64,000 bases of DNA from an uncultured Bacteroidota bacterium (GCA_903872185.1 CAIQJL010000086.1:4989-68988), one strand, 5' to 3'. Shown: positions 28,881 through 37,312, counted from the stretch's first letter. Made by a program: numbers and translations. Notes: a model not told the origin generated them from the sequence alone.

Positions 28881-28911
28881 GAAAAGCTGTATAAATTTTA
28901 TACAGCTTTTC
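28881..28911 (-). terminator. Hairpin terminator after the 19-heme gene
   Basis: 13-bp perfect stem gaaaagctgtata/tatacagcttttc with a 5-nt loop, 20 nt downstream of the stop at 28931. Confidence 0.6.
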
Positions 28912-28930
28912 TTTATTTCTAATTAAGTTT

Positions 28931-31714
28931 CTAGTATGTACCTGCTATTAAAGAATAAATAATAAGCCCAACTAATACTATTCCGGTAAATAAGAATATG
29001 TAACCAAATACTTTTACTGTTTTAATCCAATTTTGCGAGAATGCTTTTTTAACAATTACTGTATCTAGTTTTCCAGCTTTTTCTAATTCTTCATATTCTT
29101 TTGGTCTATCGGCTTTATACTCTTCTAATGGAACATGTCCGGTAAATATTACAGTATCCATTGGGAAAGCCTCAGGGCGTAAGTGAGTGTTAAAAAAGTG
29201 AATTGTAAAAATAAATCCAACAGCCAATAAAGCTTCATCGCTATGTATTATTTGAGCTACATTAATTAACCAGCCAGGGAAGAATTTTGTAAAATATTCG
29301 GGTAGCCATAACACTAGACCAGAGAAACCAATAACAGCAACTCCCCAGAATACCGCCATGTAATCAAATTTTTCCCAATATGTCCAACGACCATAATAAG
29401 GACGTGGTCCAGCTCCTAAGAACCATTTAACAGTACCAATAGCATCTTTTAAATCTTGTTTGTTAAACATTAAAGAATCTTTGCCAAAAATGAATGACAT
29501 AATTTTTGTCTTATTTCTGATTTTCATTCTTATTAATGAGAATACATGGAAAATAAAGTATCCAAAAGTAATAACTGCTGCAAAACGATGTATATTACCT
29601 GCCACATGAACGCCACCAATTAACTTTGCCATATTAAATGCCCAAGGCATATGAGCAAATTTAAGCATCATACCTGTAAGTGCTAACAATAAGAAACTAA
29701 CAATTACAAAAACATGGGTTATTCTCTGGCTCTTTTTAAATCTACGGAAATAAACAGCTTCACCTGTTGGCATTTTATGATGCTTCTTTTTTCTTGCTTC
29801 CATAATAGACCTTGGTATCCATAACAACGTGTGAATTCCAAAAATTCCAAATACACTTAGAAGAAGAGTAGTCATAATCCAAAATGTATAAAACAATACA
29901 TTATTATCGTTGTGGGTAGCATGAGTTAAATATCCGGTAAACTCAACATTTGCATTTGGATGGCATTGCTTACAAGTTTTAACAATATTTTTTTGCCCTA
30001 CCATCGACTCTGGATTCGAAATTTTTAAAATTTTATGAGCACCATGACAGTCAGAACATCTTGCAGCTTTTAAATAACCAAGGGTATAAGCTTTGCCATG
30101 ATAAGTTTCCATATAAGTCTCAGCAAGTTTCTTATGACAACTACCACACTGCATAGTGATCTCATTTAAGAATTTATCTTTATCTATTTCGGTAATTGTA
30201 TGAGCAGTATGGCAACTTGCACAAGTAGGGAATTTTTTACCACCATTGTCTGCTGTTATTGCATGATCACTTGTCATATAATCATCATAAATACTCTTAT
30301 GACATTTCGAGCATGTTTTAGGAACATTTAATGGATTTACTGTAGAATTTAAATCAGATTCTTTTAGTATGTTATGTGAGGTATGACAATCGGTACAAAC
30401 TGCACTTGCAAGCAATCCTTTTTCTTTTAATCCTTTTCCATGAACACTTGAAGAATAATCACTAAAAGCATCTATTTCTTTTAAATGTGTATTAATAACT
30501 GCTTTTCCATTTTTGTTGTGGCATTTTCCACAAAGCTCAGGTATAGAACCTCTATAAGTAGGTGACGTATCATCATATCTTGTTTTTACTTTATGTGTTC
30601 CATGACAATCTGTACAATATGGAGCATTTGGCTGTTTTTTAAAGTAAGCCTGACCATGTCCACTTGTTATATATATATTTGAAACCTGCTCGTGGCAACC
30701 AGAGCAATCAACTTTTTTATTAGTAATACAAGGGCGTTCTTTTTTATTATCTATTGTTACCTCAGAATGACACTTTGTACAAGGAATATTTTTATGTGCA
30801 GAATTTACTAAATCGTCTTTGTTAATTTTAAGTGATACTTTTTGGTTATTTACCATCTTATATGTATCAGCATTCTCATGACATTTTAAACAAAGCTGAT
30901 TTGAAACAGTTTCTTCAATTTTCTTAATTTTAACAATGTGCGATGGGTGACAGTCACTACATGCAGGAACAGACCCAGCTTGCTTTTCCCATAATTCTCT
31001 TTTAATAACCTTTGTATGTACTTCTTCAATTCTTGCATGGCATTTCATACATGTACTCGCAATCTTATTAGGCGAGATAGAAGAATTTGGACTTGTATGT
31101 GGCAATATTAAGTGATTACCATGACAGTCGTTACAAGTTGCTGAAACAATTAACCCGCTTTTAAATAAACCTTTACCATGGATACTTTCACTATAATGTT
31201 CTAAAATATTACTTTGAGGAATGTTATACAATCTTGCAACAGGAGATCCTTCTTTATGGCATTTACCACAAAGAATTGGAATATTCATTTTATAAGTTAA
31301 CGATTTTGGATTTGTGTGATTTAATATTCCATGTCCACCATGGCATTCTTTACAATCTGGAGCATAAGGAGCATTTAATTTTAAAGCTTGGCCATGTATA
31401 CCTGCAAAAAATTGCATTTGTGCATTTTTATGGCAACCACCACATTCAACTGGTTTTAAATTTTCGGGATGAGGAAATTCTGCTACTGCAGCATCTTTAT
31501 GACAAGAAGCGCAAAGAACACTTTTATGAACTGATTTATTCAGGATATTCTTATCGGCATATAGCGAAATAGTTTTTCCCTGTCTAACTTTTGATAATCC
31601 ATGATCTTCATGGCACATCAAACAATCATCATTTGTTTGGGAAAATAAACTACTAGTTATTAAAACTATACTAAAAACAACTAATAATAATTTTTGACTA
31701 ATTTGATTTAACAT
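28931..31714 (-). CDS. 19-heme cytochrome c fused to a C-terminal FdnI/HydC-type cytochrome b membrane domain (CbcL-like paralog)
   Basis: 927 aa with signal peptide and 19 CXXCH motifs by my count. The C-terminal membrane domain has conserved His ([31 protein letters not shown]...IHFFNTHL), the same architecture as 25576..27966. Confidence 0.8.
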   Translation of the reverse strand: MLNQISQKLLLVVFSIVLITSSLFSQTNDDCLMCHEDHGLSKVRQGKTISLYADKNILNKSVHKSVLCASCHKDAAVAEFPHPENLKPVECGGCHKNAQMQFFAGIHGQALKLNAPYAPDCKECHGGHGILNHTNPKSLTYKMNIPILCGKCHKEGSPVARLYNIPQSNILEHYSESIHGKGLFKSGLIVSATCNDCHGNHLILPHTSPNSSISPNKIASTCMKCHARIEEVHTKVIKRELWEKQAGSVPACSDCHPSHIVKIKKIEETVSNQLCLKCHENADTYKMVNNQKVSLKINKDDLVNSAHKNIPCTKCHSEVTIDNKKERPCITNKKVDCSGCHEQVSNIYITSGHGQAYFKKQPNAPYCTDCHGTHKVKTRYDDTSPTYRGSIPELCGKCHNKNGKAVINTHLKEIDAFSDYSSSVHGKGLKEKGLLASAVCTDCHTSHNILKESDLNSTVNPLNVPKTCSKCHKSIYDDYMTSDHAITADNGGKKFPTCASCHTAHTITEIDKDKFLNEITMQCGSCHKKLAETYMETYHGKAYTLGYLKAARCSDCHGAHKILKISNPESMVGQKNIVKTCKQCHPNANVEFTGYLTHATHNDNNVLFYTFWIMTTLLLSVFGIFGIHTLLWIPRSIMEARKKKHHKMPTGEAVYFRRFKKSQRITHVFVIVSFLLLALTGMMLKFAHMPWAFNMAKLIGGVHVAGNIHRFAAVITFGYFIFHVFSLIRMKIRNKTKIMSFIFGKDSLMFNKQDLKDAIGTVKWFLGAGPRPYYGRWTYWEKFDYMAVFWGVAVIGFSGLVLWLPEYFTKFFPGWLINVAQIIHSDEALLAVGFIFTIHFFNTHLRPEAFPMDTVIFTGHVPLEEYKADRPKEYEELEKAGKLDTVIVKKAFSQNWIKTVKVFGYIFLFTGIVLVGLIIYSLIAGTY

Positions 31715-31757
31715 TTTATATAATTTTTATCTTAATATTTACCTTTTTACAACTATA

Positions 31758-31765
31758 CAAATGTA
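31758..31765 (-). promoter_or_regulatory. -7 box TACATTTG upstream of the 19-heme gene, within a shared 15-mer
   Basis: The plus strand reads caaatgta, 43 nt upstream of the ATG at 31714. It is embedded in atacaaatgtataat (31755-31769), which recurs at 34159-34173. Confidence 0.4.
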
Positions 31766-32172
31766 TAATCGCTTTATTTATTAAAAAATGTTATACAACA
31801 TTGTTGATATTAAATAACAGTTTTTATTAAACATGTTTATTTATCCCCTAAAACATTTACACGATTTAAACTATTCACTATATCTGATCAAAACATTAGC
31901 ACAACTCATTTTTACCAATTTGAACAATTAAATAACATGTGAAATATAAAAGTATTATTAAACACAGTTTTTTTAAATTACATTTTTATTTCACAACTAT
32001 TGAGAGACAGTTGCAAAACTCCTTTTCGTCATTACTAACTCGTCCCTTGTCATAATTAACTAAGTGAAGAAATCTATAAATTATTGCAAATAAGATTGCT
32101 TCGCAATAGCTGTGACTTATGTTTCGGGGAATTTTGGAACGATCTTATTACTTTAAAAGATGTTATAAAATA

Positions 32173-32205
32173 AAAAATCCGATTTAATAATTAAATCGGA
32201 TTTTT
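32173..32205 (-). terminator. Bidirectional-looking hairpin terminator after the beta-barrel gene
   Basis: 15-bp perfect stem aaaaatccgatttaa/ttaaatcggattttt with a 3-nt loop, 20 nt downstream of the stop at 32226. Confidence 0.7.
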
Positions 32206-32225
32206 GAAGTAAGAACAAATAAGTA

Positions 32226-33116
32226 TTAGAACCTAACAGTAATATTAAAACCAATTAATAAACTATTAAAATCCCTATGATTATATAAATAATTTTTTTG
32301 TGCAATTATATTGTTATAAGTAGTTGCAAATAACTGAAATGCATGAGTACCACCATTTTTCTCAAAGCCAAAAGCAAAACCTGGCTTAGAAGCTCCCGGC
32401 ACATCTTCACCATCAGCATTTTTTGGATAATCAAATGATTCAAGTGGTGAAACATAATTAAATTCTGCCATAAATGATATCTCATTCCAGATTTTAAACC
32501 TACCACCTATGCTAGCACCAATAGCCTGATTAGAATATAAAGAATCAACTTTATTGAAATGTAAAAAATATGGTGCAATTTCCATTGATAATCTCTCACT
32601 AAATTTACGTGCAATAATAAGTTGGTGAAAATAAGATAGGCGACTTGCAAAATTATAGTTATCACCAAAATACGCTTTTTCTCTACCACAAATAACTACA
32701 TTTCCATAATAAGTAAGGAAGAAAGGCATTCCATTTTCTTTTTGTTGAAGTATAGAATATTTCAATAAAAATTCCTGCATTTTATTGAATTTTTCGGTAC
32801 CAAATCCAATCATTAATTTATCGGTAATTCCATAATTAATTCCAAGTCTTGTGTTAGCAGGTCCGTATACACCAAATAAATCGCTTAATTTTTTAATTGT
32901 ACCTATTCTGTGATGAATAATAAATTCTTTTGATTTTTTGGTTGGCTGGTTTATAGTTTGTGTTTCGATAAGCATAGAACAAGCAAATGCATCTGCAACA
33001 GGAGTTTTTGCTACTGAAGGTGTTTCTACTGCTGGTGTTTCTACTTCTTGTGAAACAGCAAAATTAATGCTGATTATCAGCACTAGAGATAAGACAAAAG
33101 CTATTTTTTTTAACAT
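32226..33116 (-). CDS. Small outer-membrane beta-barrel protein
   Basis: 296 aa. Signal peptide MLKKIAFVLSLVLIISINFAVSQ, alternating amphipathic strands, and a C-terminal aromatic ...LLIGFNITVRF. Lies 33 nt downstream of the lipoprotein cytochrome gene. Confidence 0.6.
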   Translation of the reverse strand: MLKKIAFVLSLVLIISINFAVSQEVETPAVETPSVAKTPVADAFACSMLIETQTINQPTKKSKEFIIHHRIGTIKKLSDLFGVYGPANTRLGINYGITDKLMIGFGTEKFNKMQEFLLKYSILQQKENGMPFFLTYYGNVVICGREKAYFGDNYNFASRLSYFHQLIIARKFSERLSMEIAPYFLHFNKVDSLYSNQAIGASIGGRFKIWNEISFMAEFNYVSPLESFDYPKNADGEDVPGASKPGFAFGFEKNGGTHAFQLFATTYNNIIAQKNYLYNHRDFNSLLIGFNITVRF

Positions 33117-33149
33117 AATAATGTATTTATTTATTGTTTGTTTTTTATT

Positions 33150-34079
33150 TTACCAGCACTTTTTACCAACTCCACAATGAGCTGCATTACCATTACCAGA
33201 ATATCTTGACCCATTTGCCATTGTTCCGCCAGCGCTAATGCTTAAAGGTTTAAAGAAAGTTTGGCCGTCAACATGATAATTAGTTCCGTAAGTTCCTTGT
33301 AAGTTGGAATTATTAATAATATTAACGCTATCATTAGCAGCAGCTACGGTACTTGTATTATGACACCAAAAACACTGAACTCCATCCCATTGAGGAGTAG
33401 TATAAGGTGATGCAGAAAAATCTTTATTATTTGTCATATGAAAAAGTAATTGATGCTGACCTGATTCTGGATAATTACTTTGTTTCATAGAGTTTGGTTT
33501 TGAAACAAGAAAAGGTGAAGTCATGTTTCCTAAACCATTGTGACAAGAAGTACATTCAGTTACCTTACCATTATCCCATCTTGGTGTGGTAGCATAAACA
33601 GCAATCTGCTTGCCAACAGTAGCGCTCCAATTCATTGATCCAACAGCATTTGGATATCCTGGATCTTGTCCGCGATATGCTGTACGACCATTACTATGAC
33701 AATATACATTTGAACAAGTTTTATTCTTAGAATCCCAAGTTGGAGAATTACTGTCATTTCCGTTTCTGGTAATCAAACTAGTTAAATTAAATGTAACATT
33801 TTTAACACCATTCATGTGTGTTGCAGTTTCATATCCATGTCCAAAATGGCAAGTGTTACAGCTATATGCATATAAACCTTTAGTGTGCTTAGCATGTGCA
33901 TTAGAAGAATGCTCTGCAAAAGTACCATTATGACAATTTTCACATAACTCAGGCAAAACAGTAGAACCTGGTGCGGGAGTATTTTTAAAAGTGATTTTCT
34001 GTTTTTCACACGAGGCTAAAAAAATTACACTACTTATTAGTAACGTAAACAAAATAGTCCTTAAATTTTTCACATTCAT
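33150..34079 (-). CDS. Lipoprotein multiheme cytochrome c (5 heme motifs including one CX4CH)
   Basis: The ORF track starts at 34127; ATG 34079 gives MNVKNLRTILFTLLISSVIFLASC, a lipobox signal peptide. Motifs: CENCH, CNTCH, CSNVYCH (CX4CH, codons 33696-33716), CTSCH, CFWCH. Confidence 0.75.
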   Translation of the reverse strand: MNVKNLRTILFTLLISSVIFLASCEKQKITFKNTPAPGSTVLPELCENCHNGTFAEHSSNAHAKHTKGLYAYSCNTCHFGHGYETATHMNGVKNVTFNLTSLITRNGNDSNSPTWDSKNKTCSNVYCHSNGRTAYRGQDPGYPNAVGSMNWSATVGKQIAVYATTPRWDNGKVTECTSCHNGLGNMTSPFLVSKPNSMKQSNYPESGQHQLLFHMTNNKDFSASPYTTPQWDGVQCFWCHNTSTVAAANDSVNIINNSNLQGTYGTNYHVDGQTFFKPLSISAGGTMANGSRYSGNGNAAHCGVGKKCW

Positions 34080-34161
34080 TACTTTATATTTAGTTAAATT
34101 AAAATTAAAGCTCTTAGAAATACTCAAATATGATTTAAAACATAAATCATGTTTAATAATA

Positions 34162-34169
34162 CAAATGTA
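34162..34169 (-). promoter_or_regulatory. -7 box TACATTTG upstream of the lipoprotein cytochrome / barrel operon, within a shared 15-mer
   Basis: The plus strand reads caaatgta inside atacaaatgtataat (34159-34173), 83 nt upstream of ATG 34079. Confidence 0.4.
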
Positions 34170-34269
34170 TAATTTGATTTTTTTAAAAAAAAATATATTA
34201 TCTCTTTTTATATTAAAGACATAGTAATTACATCGTTAACGTACGTAATTATAACTTTAATAATATAAC

Positions 34270-34584
34270 TTAATTGCCGATTAGTTTTACAACTAATAAT
34301 TCTAATAAATTTTCAGAATTATTTTTCCAACCTCTTAACGAATTTTGGTCGACAAAAACAGTAGAATTTGCTAAAACTTGAATACTCTCGCTTTCCACTG
34401 TCAAAACACCTTTACCAAAAACCACATAAAAAATTACATCAAAGGGATTTTTGTGTAATCCAATTTCTTCACCCGGTTTTAGAATAAGCTTTATTAACTC
34501 TACTTTATTATTTGAAAACATTTTTTTCGCCTCTATATCAAAACGAACTTGGCTTGCGTTTTCATAAGTAGTTATATTTATCAT
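34270..34584 (-). CDS. Cupin-domain protein
   Basis: 104 aa, small single-domain beta-barrel pattern (LKPGEEIGLHKNP...VVFGKG). The start overlaps the stop of the upstream small ORF (ATGA). Confidence 0.65.
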   Translation of the reverse strand: MINITTYENASQVRFDIEAKKMFSNNKVELIKLILKPGEEIGLHKNPFDVIFYVVFGKGVLTVESESIQVLANSTVFVDQNSLRGWKNNSENLLELLVVKLIGN

Positions 34585-34760
34585 TTAGTATATTTATTTA
34601 TTATTTCTTGAATTACTGGCCTACAACCGCCACAAATCATACCTGCTCCAGTTTTTTCACAGACCAAATCAATGTCTTTTGTTTTAAATTTTATAATTGC
34701 ATCAATTATCTGCTGCTTATTTATCTCAGCACAAGTACAAATAATTTCATTAGTAGGCAT
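34581..34760 (-). CDS. BFD-like [2Fe-2S]-binding domain protein (59 aa, missed by the ORF track)
   Basis: My minus-strand translation is MPTNEIICTCAEINKQQIIDAIIKFKTKDIDLVCEKTGAGMICGGCRPVIQEIINKYTK. The CxC...C..GxxCGxC pattern is typical of bacterioferritin-associated-ferredoxin-like domains. It is packed tightly between the two cupin genes. Confidence 0.7.
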   Translation of the reverse strand: MPTNEIICTCAEINKQQIIDAIIKFKTKDIDLVCEKTGAGMICGGCRPVIQEIINKYTK

Positions 34761-34761
34761 A

Positions 34762-35094
34762 TTACTCTCCTTTTATCATTATCAATAGCATTTTAAATCT
34801 TTCGTGGGCAAAAACAGAATGAGGAATATTTGCTGGCATAATTATAAACTGTCCCCTAATAAGATTATATGGCTTTTTATCTATTGATATTTCTGCATTA
34901 CCATCAATAATTTGAATTATAGCATCAAATGGTGCAGAATGTTCGCTTAAACCCTGACCTTTATCAAAAGCAAATAAAGATAAATTGCCCGTCGTTTTTT
35001 TTCTAATAGTTTTACTAACAACTGAGCCATTTGAATATTCAACACTTTCTGACAAATCAAAAATTATTGAATTTTGAAAACTGTTATTTTCCAT
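34762..35094 (-). CDS. Cupin-domain protein
   Basis: 110 aa (GLSEHSAPFDAIIQIIDGNAEISI...MPANIPHSV), a cupin barrel motif. Confidence 0.65.
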   Translation of the reverse strand: MENNSFQNSIIFDLSESVEYSNGSVVSKTIRKKTTGNLSLFAFDKGQGLSEHSAPFDAIIQIIDGNAEISIDKKPYNLIRGQFIIMPANIPHSVFAHERFKMLLIMIKGE

Positions 35095-35173
35095 ATTTTT
35101 AAAATTTTAAAAAAAGCTATATTATATTAGTATAGCTTTTTAAAATTACAACATTTAAACTCAAATAACAAAT

Positions 35174-36025
35174 TTACATCCAGCTTTCCTGAATTACCTC
35201 ACCCTGAAGGCTAATTACCACAGATTTAATTGGAACTTTCCTTGTTGCTTTTTCCTGAGCCATTTGAGCAGTTCTTAATAAACCACCACAACATGGAACT
35301 TCCATAATCATTACAGTAATTGTATTAATTTTAGCTTCATCAATCATTGCAACAAGTTTATTAATATAAACATCCTGATTAGCATCTAATTTAGGACAAG
35401 CAATAGCTAAACTTCTTCCTTTTAAATGAGTTGAGTGAAAATTTCCCATCGAAAAAGGAACACAGTCAGCTGCTAAAAGCAAATCTGATTCCTTAAAATA
35501 TGGAGCCATTGGATTTACAAGGTGCATTTGAACAGGCCATTGCCTTAACTCTGATTTTTGAGATCCCATTTGTGAATCGTCGTTGCTTTCCGGTTTTGTA
35601 TTAAATGATTTTTCTTCTGAACCAGGACAGTTGCAATGTGAATGATTTTCCATTTTACTTTCTTTGTTTAAATTAATATTTATATTGTTTTCTTTCAGAT
35701 ATTCAACGCCTTGAGCATAATATTCAGTTTCTCCGTGTTCTTTTAAATGCTTTAAATGAGCTATTATAGTATTTTCGCCTTGCTTTGAAATTATTTCCAT
35801 TACTTTTCTTTCATCATATGGCTCGGCTTCTCTTTCTTCAATAGAAATAGCGCCTTCTGGGCAATGCCCTAAACAAGCTCCAAGTCCATCACAAAACAAA
35901 TCGCTTATAAGCCTTACCTTGCCATCAATTATTTGAAGAGCTCCTTCCTGACAATTTGGAATGCATAACGAACAACCATTGCATAAATCTTCGTCTATCT
36001 TTACTATATTTCGCTTCATATTCAA
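35174..36025 (-). CDS. 2x[4Fe-4S] ferredoxin domain protein with Cys/His-rich linker and C-terminal CC-motif domain
   Basis: 283 aa. CNGCSLCIPNCQ and CDGLGACLGHCPEGA clusters, a HSHCNCPG linker, and a C-terminal ADCVPF...ACPKLD...MEVPCCGGL domain of unknown function. Confidence 0.7.
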   Translation of the reverse strand: MNMKRNIVKIDEDLCNGCSLCIPNCQEGALQIIDGKVRLISDLFCDGLGACLGHCPEGAISIEEREAEPYDERKVMEIISKQGENTIIAHLKHLKEHGETEYYAQGVEYLKENNININLNKESKMENHSHCNCPGSEEKSFNTKPESNDDSQMGSQKSELRQWPVQMHLVNPMAPYFKESDLLLAADCVPFSMGNFHSTHLKGRSLAIACPKLDANQDVYINKLVAMIDEAKINTITVMIMEVPCCGGLLRTAQMAQEKATRKVPIKSVVISLQGEVIQESWM

Positions 36026-36063
36026 GCAGTTATAATTTATAAGAATTTAAGTATTTTAATACT

Positions 36064-36071
36064 CAAATGTA
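36064..36071 (-). promoter_or_regulatory. -7 box TACATTTG upstream of the FeS-cupin operon
   Basis: The plus strand reads caaatgta, 39 nt upstream of the ATG at 36025. Confidence 0.4.
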
Positions 36072-36190
36072 AGGTCAATATTTTGAATCTCCAAATATTT
36101 TTAATGTTTTTTAACATTGCTAATAAAAATCTCATTTTACAATGAACTAAAAATAATGGTATAATTAAAAGTGAATATTTTAAATATTAA

Positions 36191-36874
36191 ACACTCTGGA
36201 CCGCAAAAATAAATAACATAATAATTATTACTGTTGCAGACTGTACAGGACATGGTGTACCTGGAGCATTTATGAGTATGCTTGGGATTTCGGGATTAAA
36301 AGAAATAATAATTAATAAGCACATTACACGACCTGATTTAATTTTAAATAATCTTAGAGATTACATTATTGATTCGCTTCAACAAAGTAAATTAATTGAA
36401 GAAAGTAACAACGTGAAAGTAAAAGACGGAATGGATATGGCAATTTGCACTATTGATCTTGAAAAGTCAGAACTTGAATTTGCTGGAGCCTATAATCCAC
36501 TTTACATAGTAAAAAATCAAAAGCAAAAAGTTGATAGCGCAAATTCCGACTTTCAACTTTCTGACATTGTACTTTATGAACTCAAAGGTGATAAAATGCC
36601 TATTGCTTATTATGACAAGATGAACTCATTTGAATTGCAAACAATTCAAATAACAAAAGGTGATAATATTTATTTATTATCAGATGGATTTGAAGATCAG
36701 TTTGGTGGGAGTCAAGGAAAAAAACTTAAAGCAAAAGCATTAAAACAATTGCTTTGCGATAACAGTAAATTTGAAATGGATATTCAAAAACAAAATATTA
36801 CTGAAGCTTTAATCAGCTGGAAAGGCGATAACGAACAAGTTGACGACATTACTTTAATTGGTATAAAAATATAA
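36191..36874 (+). pseudogene. 5'-truncated PP2C/SpoIIE-family phosphatase domain (gene remnant or N-terminally shortened protein)
   Basis: The reading frame is open from 36191 (after a TAA) and reads ...IIITVADCTGHGVPGAFMSMLG... through ...DDITLIGIKI. The first ATG (36272) lies after the conserved DCTGHGVPGA motif. The upstream metal-binding motif and any sensor region are missing. Confidence 0.55.
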
Positions 36875-36888
36875 GAAAGCTGAAAAGC

Positions 36889-37287
36889 TTAAATGTATTT
36901 ATCCAAAGTTTGTGTTTCCATATACTCTTTAAATTTTACAGTTAAATCAAGAGTAATGTTATTCATAAAACACATACTAAATGGGCATATTTGTTTGTCG
37001 AGAAAACAATTTGAAATTTCAATTTTACCTTCAATTGCCTCATAGATACTCAATAAATTGATCTTCTTTGCTTCTTTCTTTAATATAAAACCACCTGTTG
37101 GTCCACGTTGTGAAGTTAAAAAGCCTTCTTTTACTAACCGTTGTAAAACTTTTGCAACATGATGTTTTGAAGTTAAAGTTGCTTCAGCAATCTCTAATAC
37201 ATTAGTAACTTTATTTGCTCTAGCAATAATTATCATTCCGTGCATAGCAATGGATGCAGCCTCTGAAATTGTAACGACTTTTGACAT
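36889..37287 (-). CDS. Rrf2-family transcriptional regulator (Cys-containing, possibly FeS-sensing)
   Basis: 132 aa. wHTH HHVAKVLQRLVKEGFLTSQRGPTGGF and C-terminal cysteines CFLDKQICPFSMC. Confidence 0.8.
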   Translation of the reverse strand: MSKVVTISEAASIAMHGMIIIARANKVTNVLEIAEATLTSKHHVAKVLQRLVKEGFLTSQRGPTGGFILKKEAKKINLLSIYEAIEGKIEISNCFLDKQICPFSMCFMNNITLDLTVKFKEYMETQTLDKYI

Positions 37288-37312
37288 TGAATAATTTTGG
37301 TAATTGAATACA

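Noticed and set aside
34608-34796. 62-aa plus-strand ORF
   Set aside because: It is the antisense shadow of the 59-aa Bfd-like gene (34581..34760, minus strand). That gene has a recognisable Cys motif and operon-style junctions with both cupin genes.
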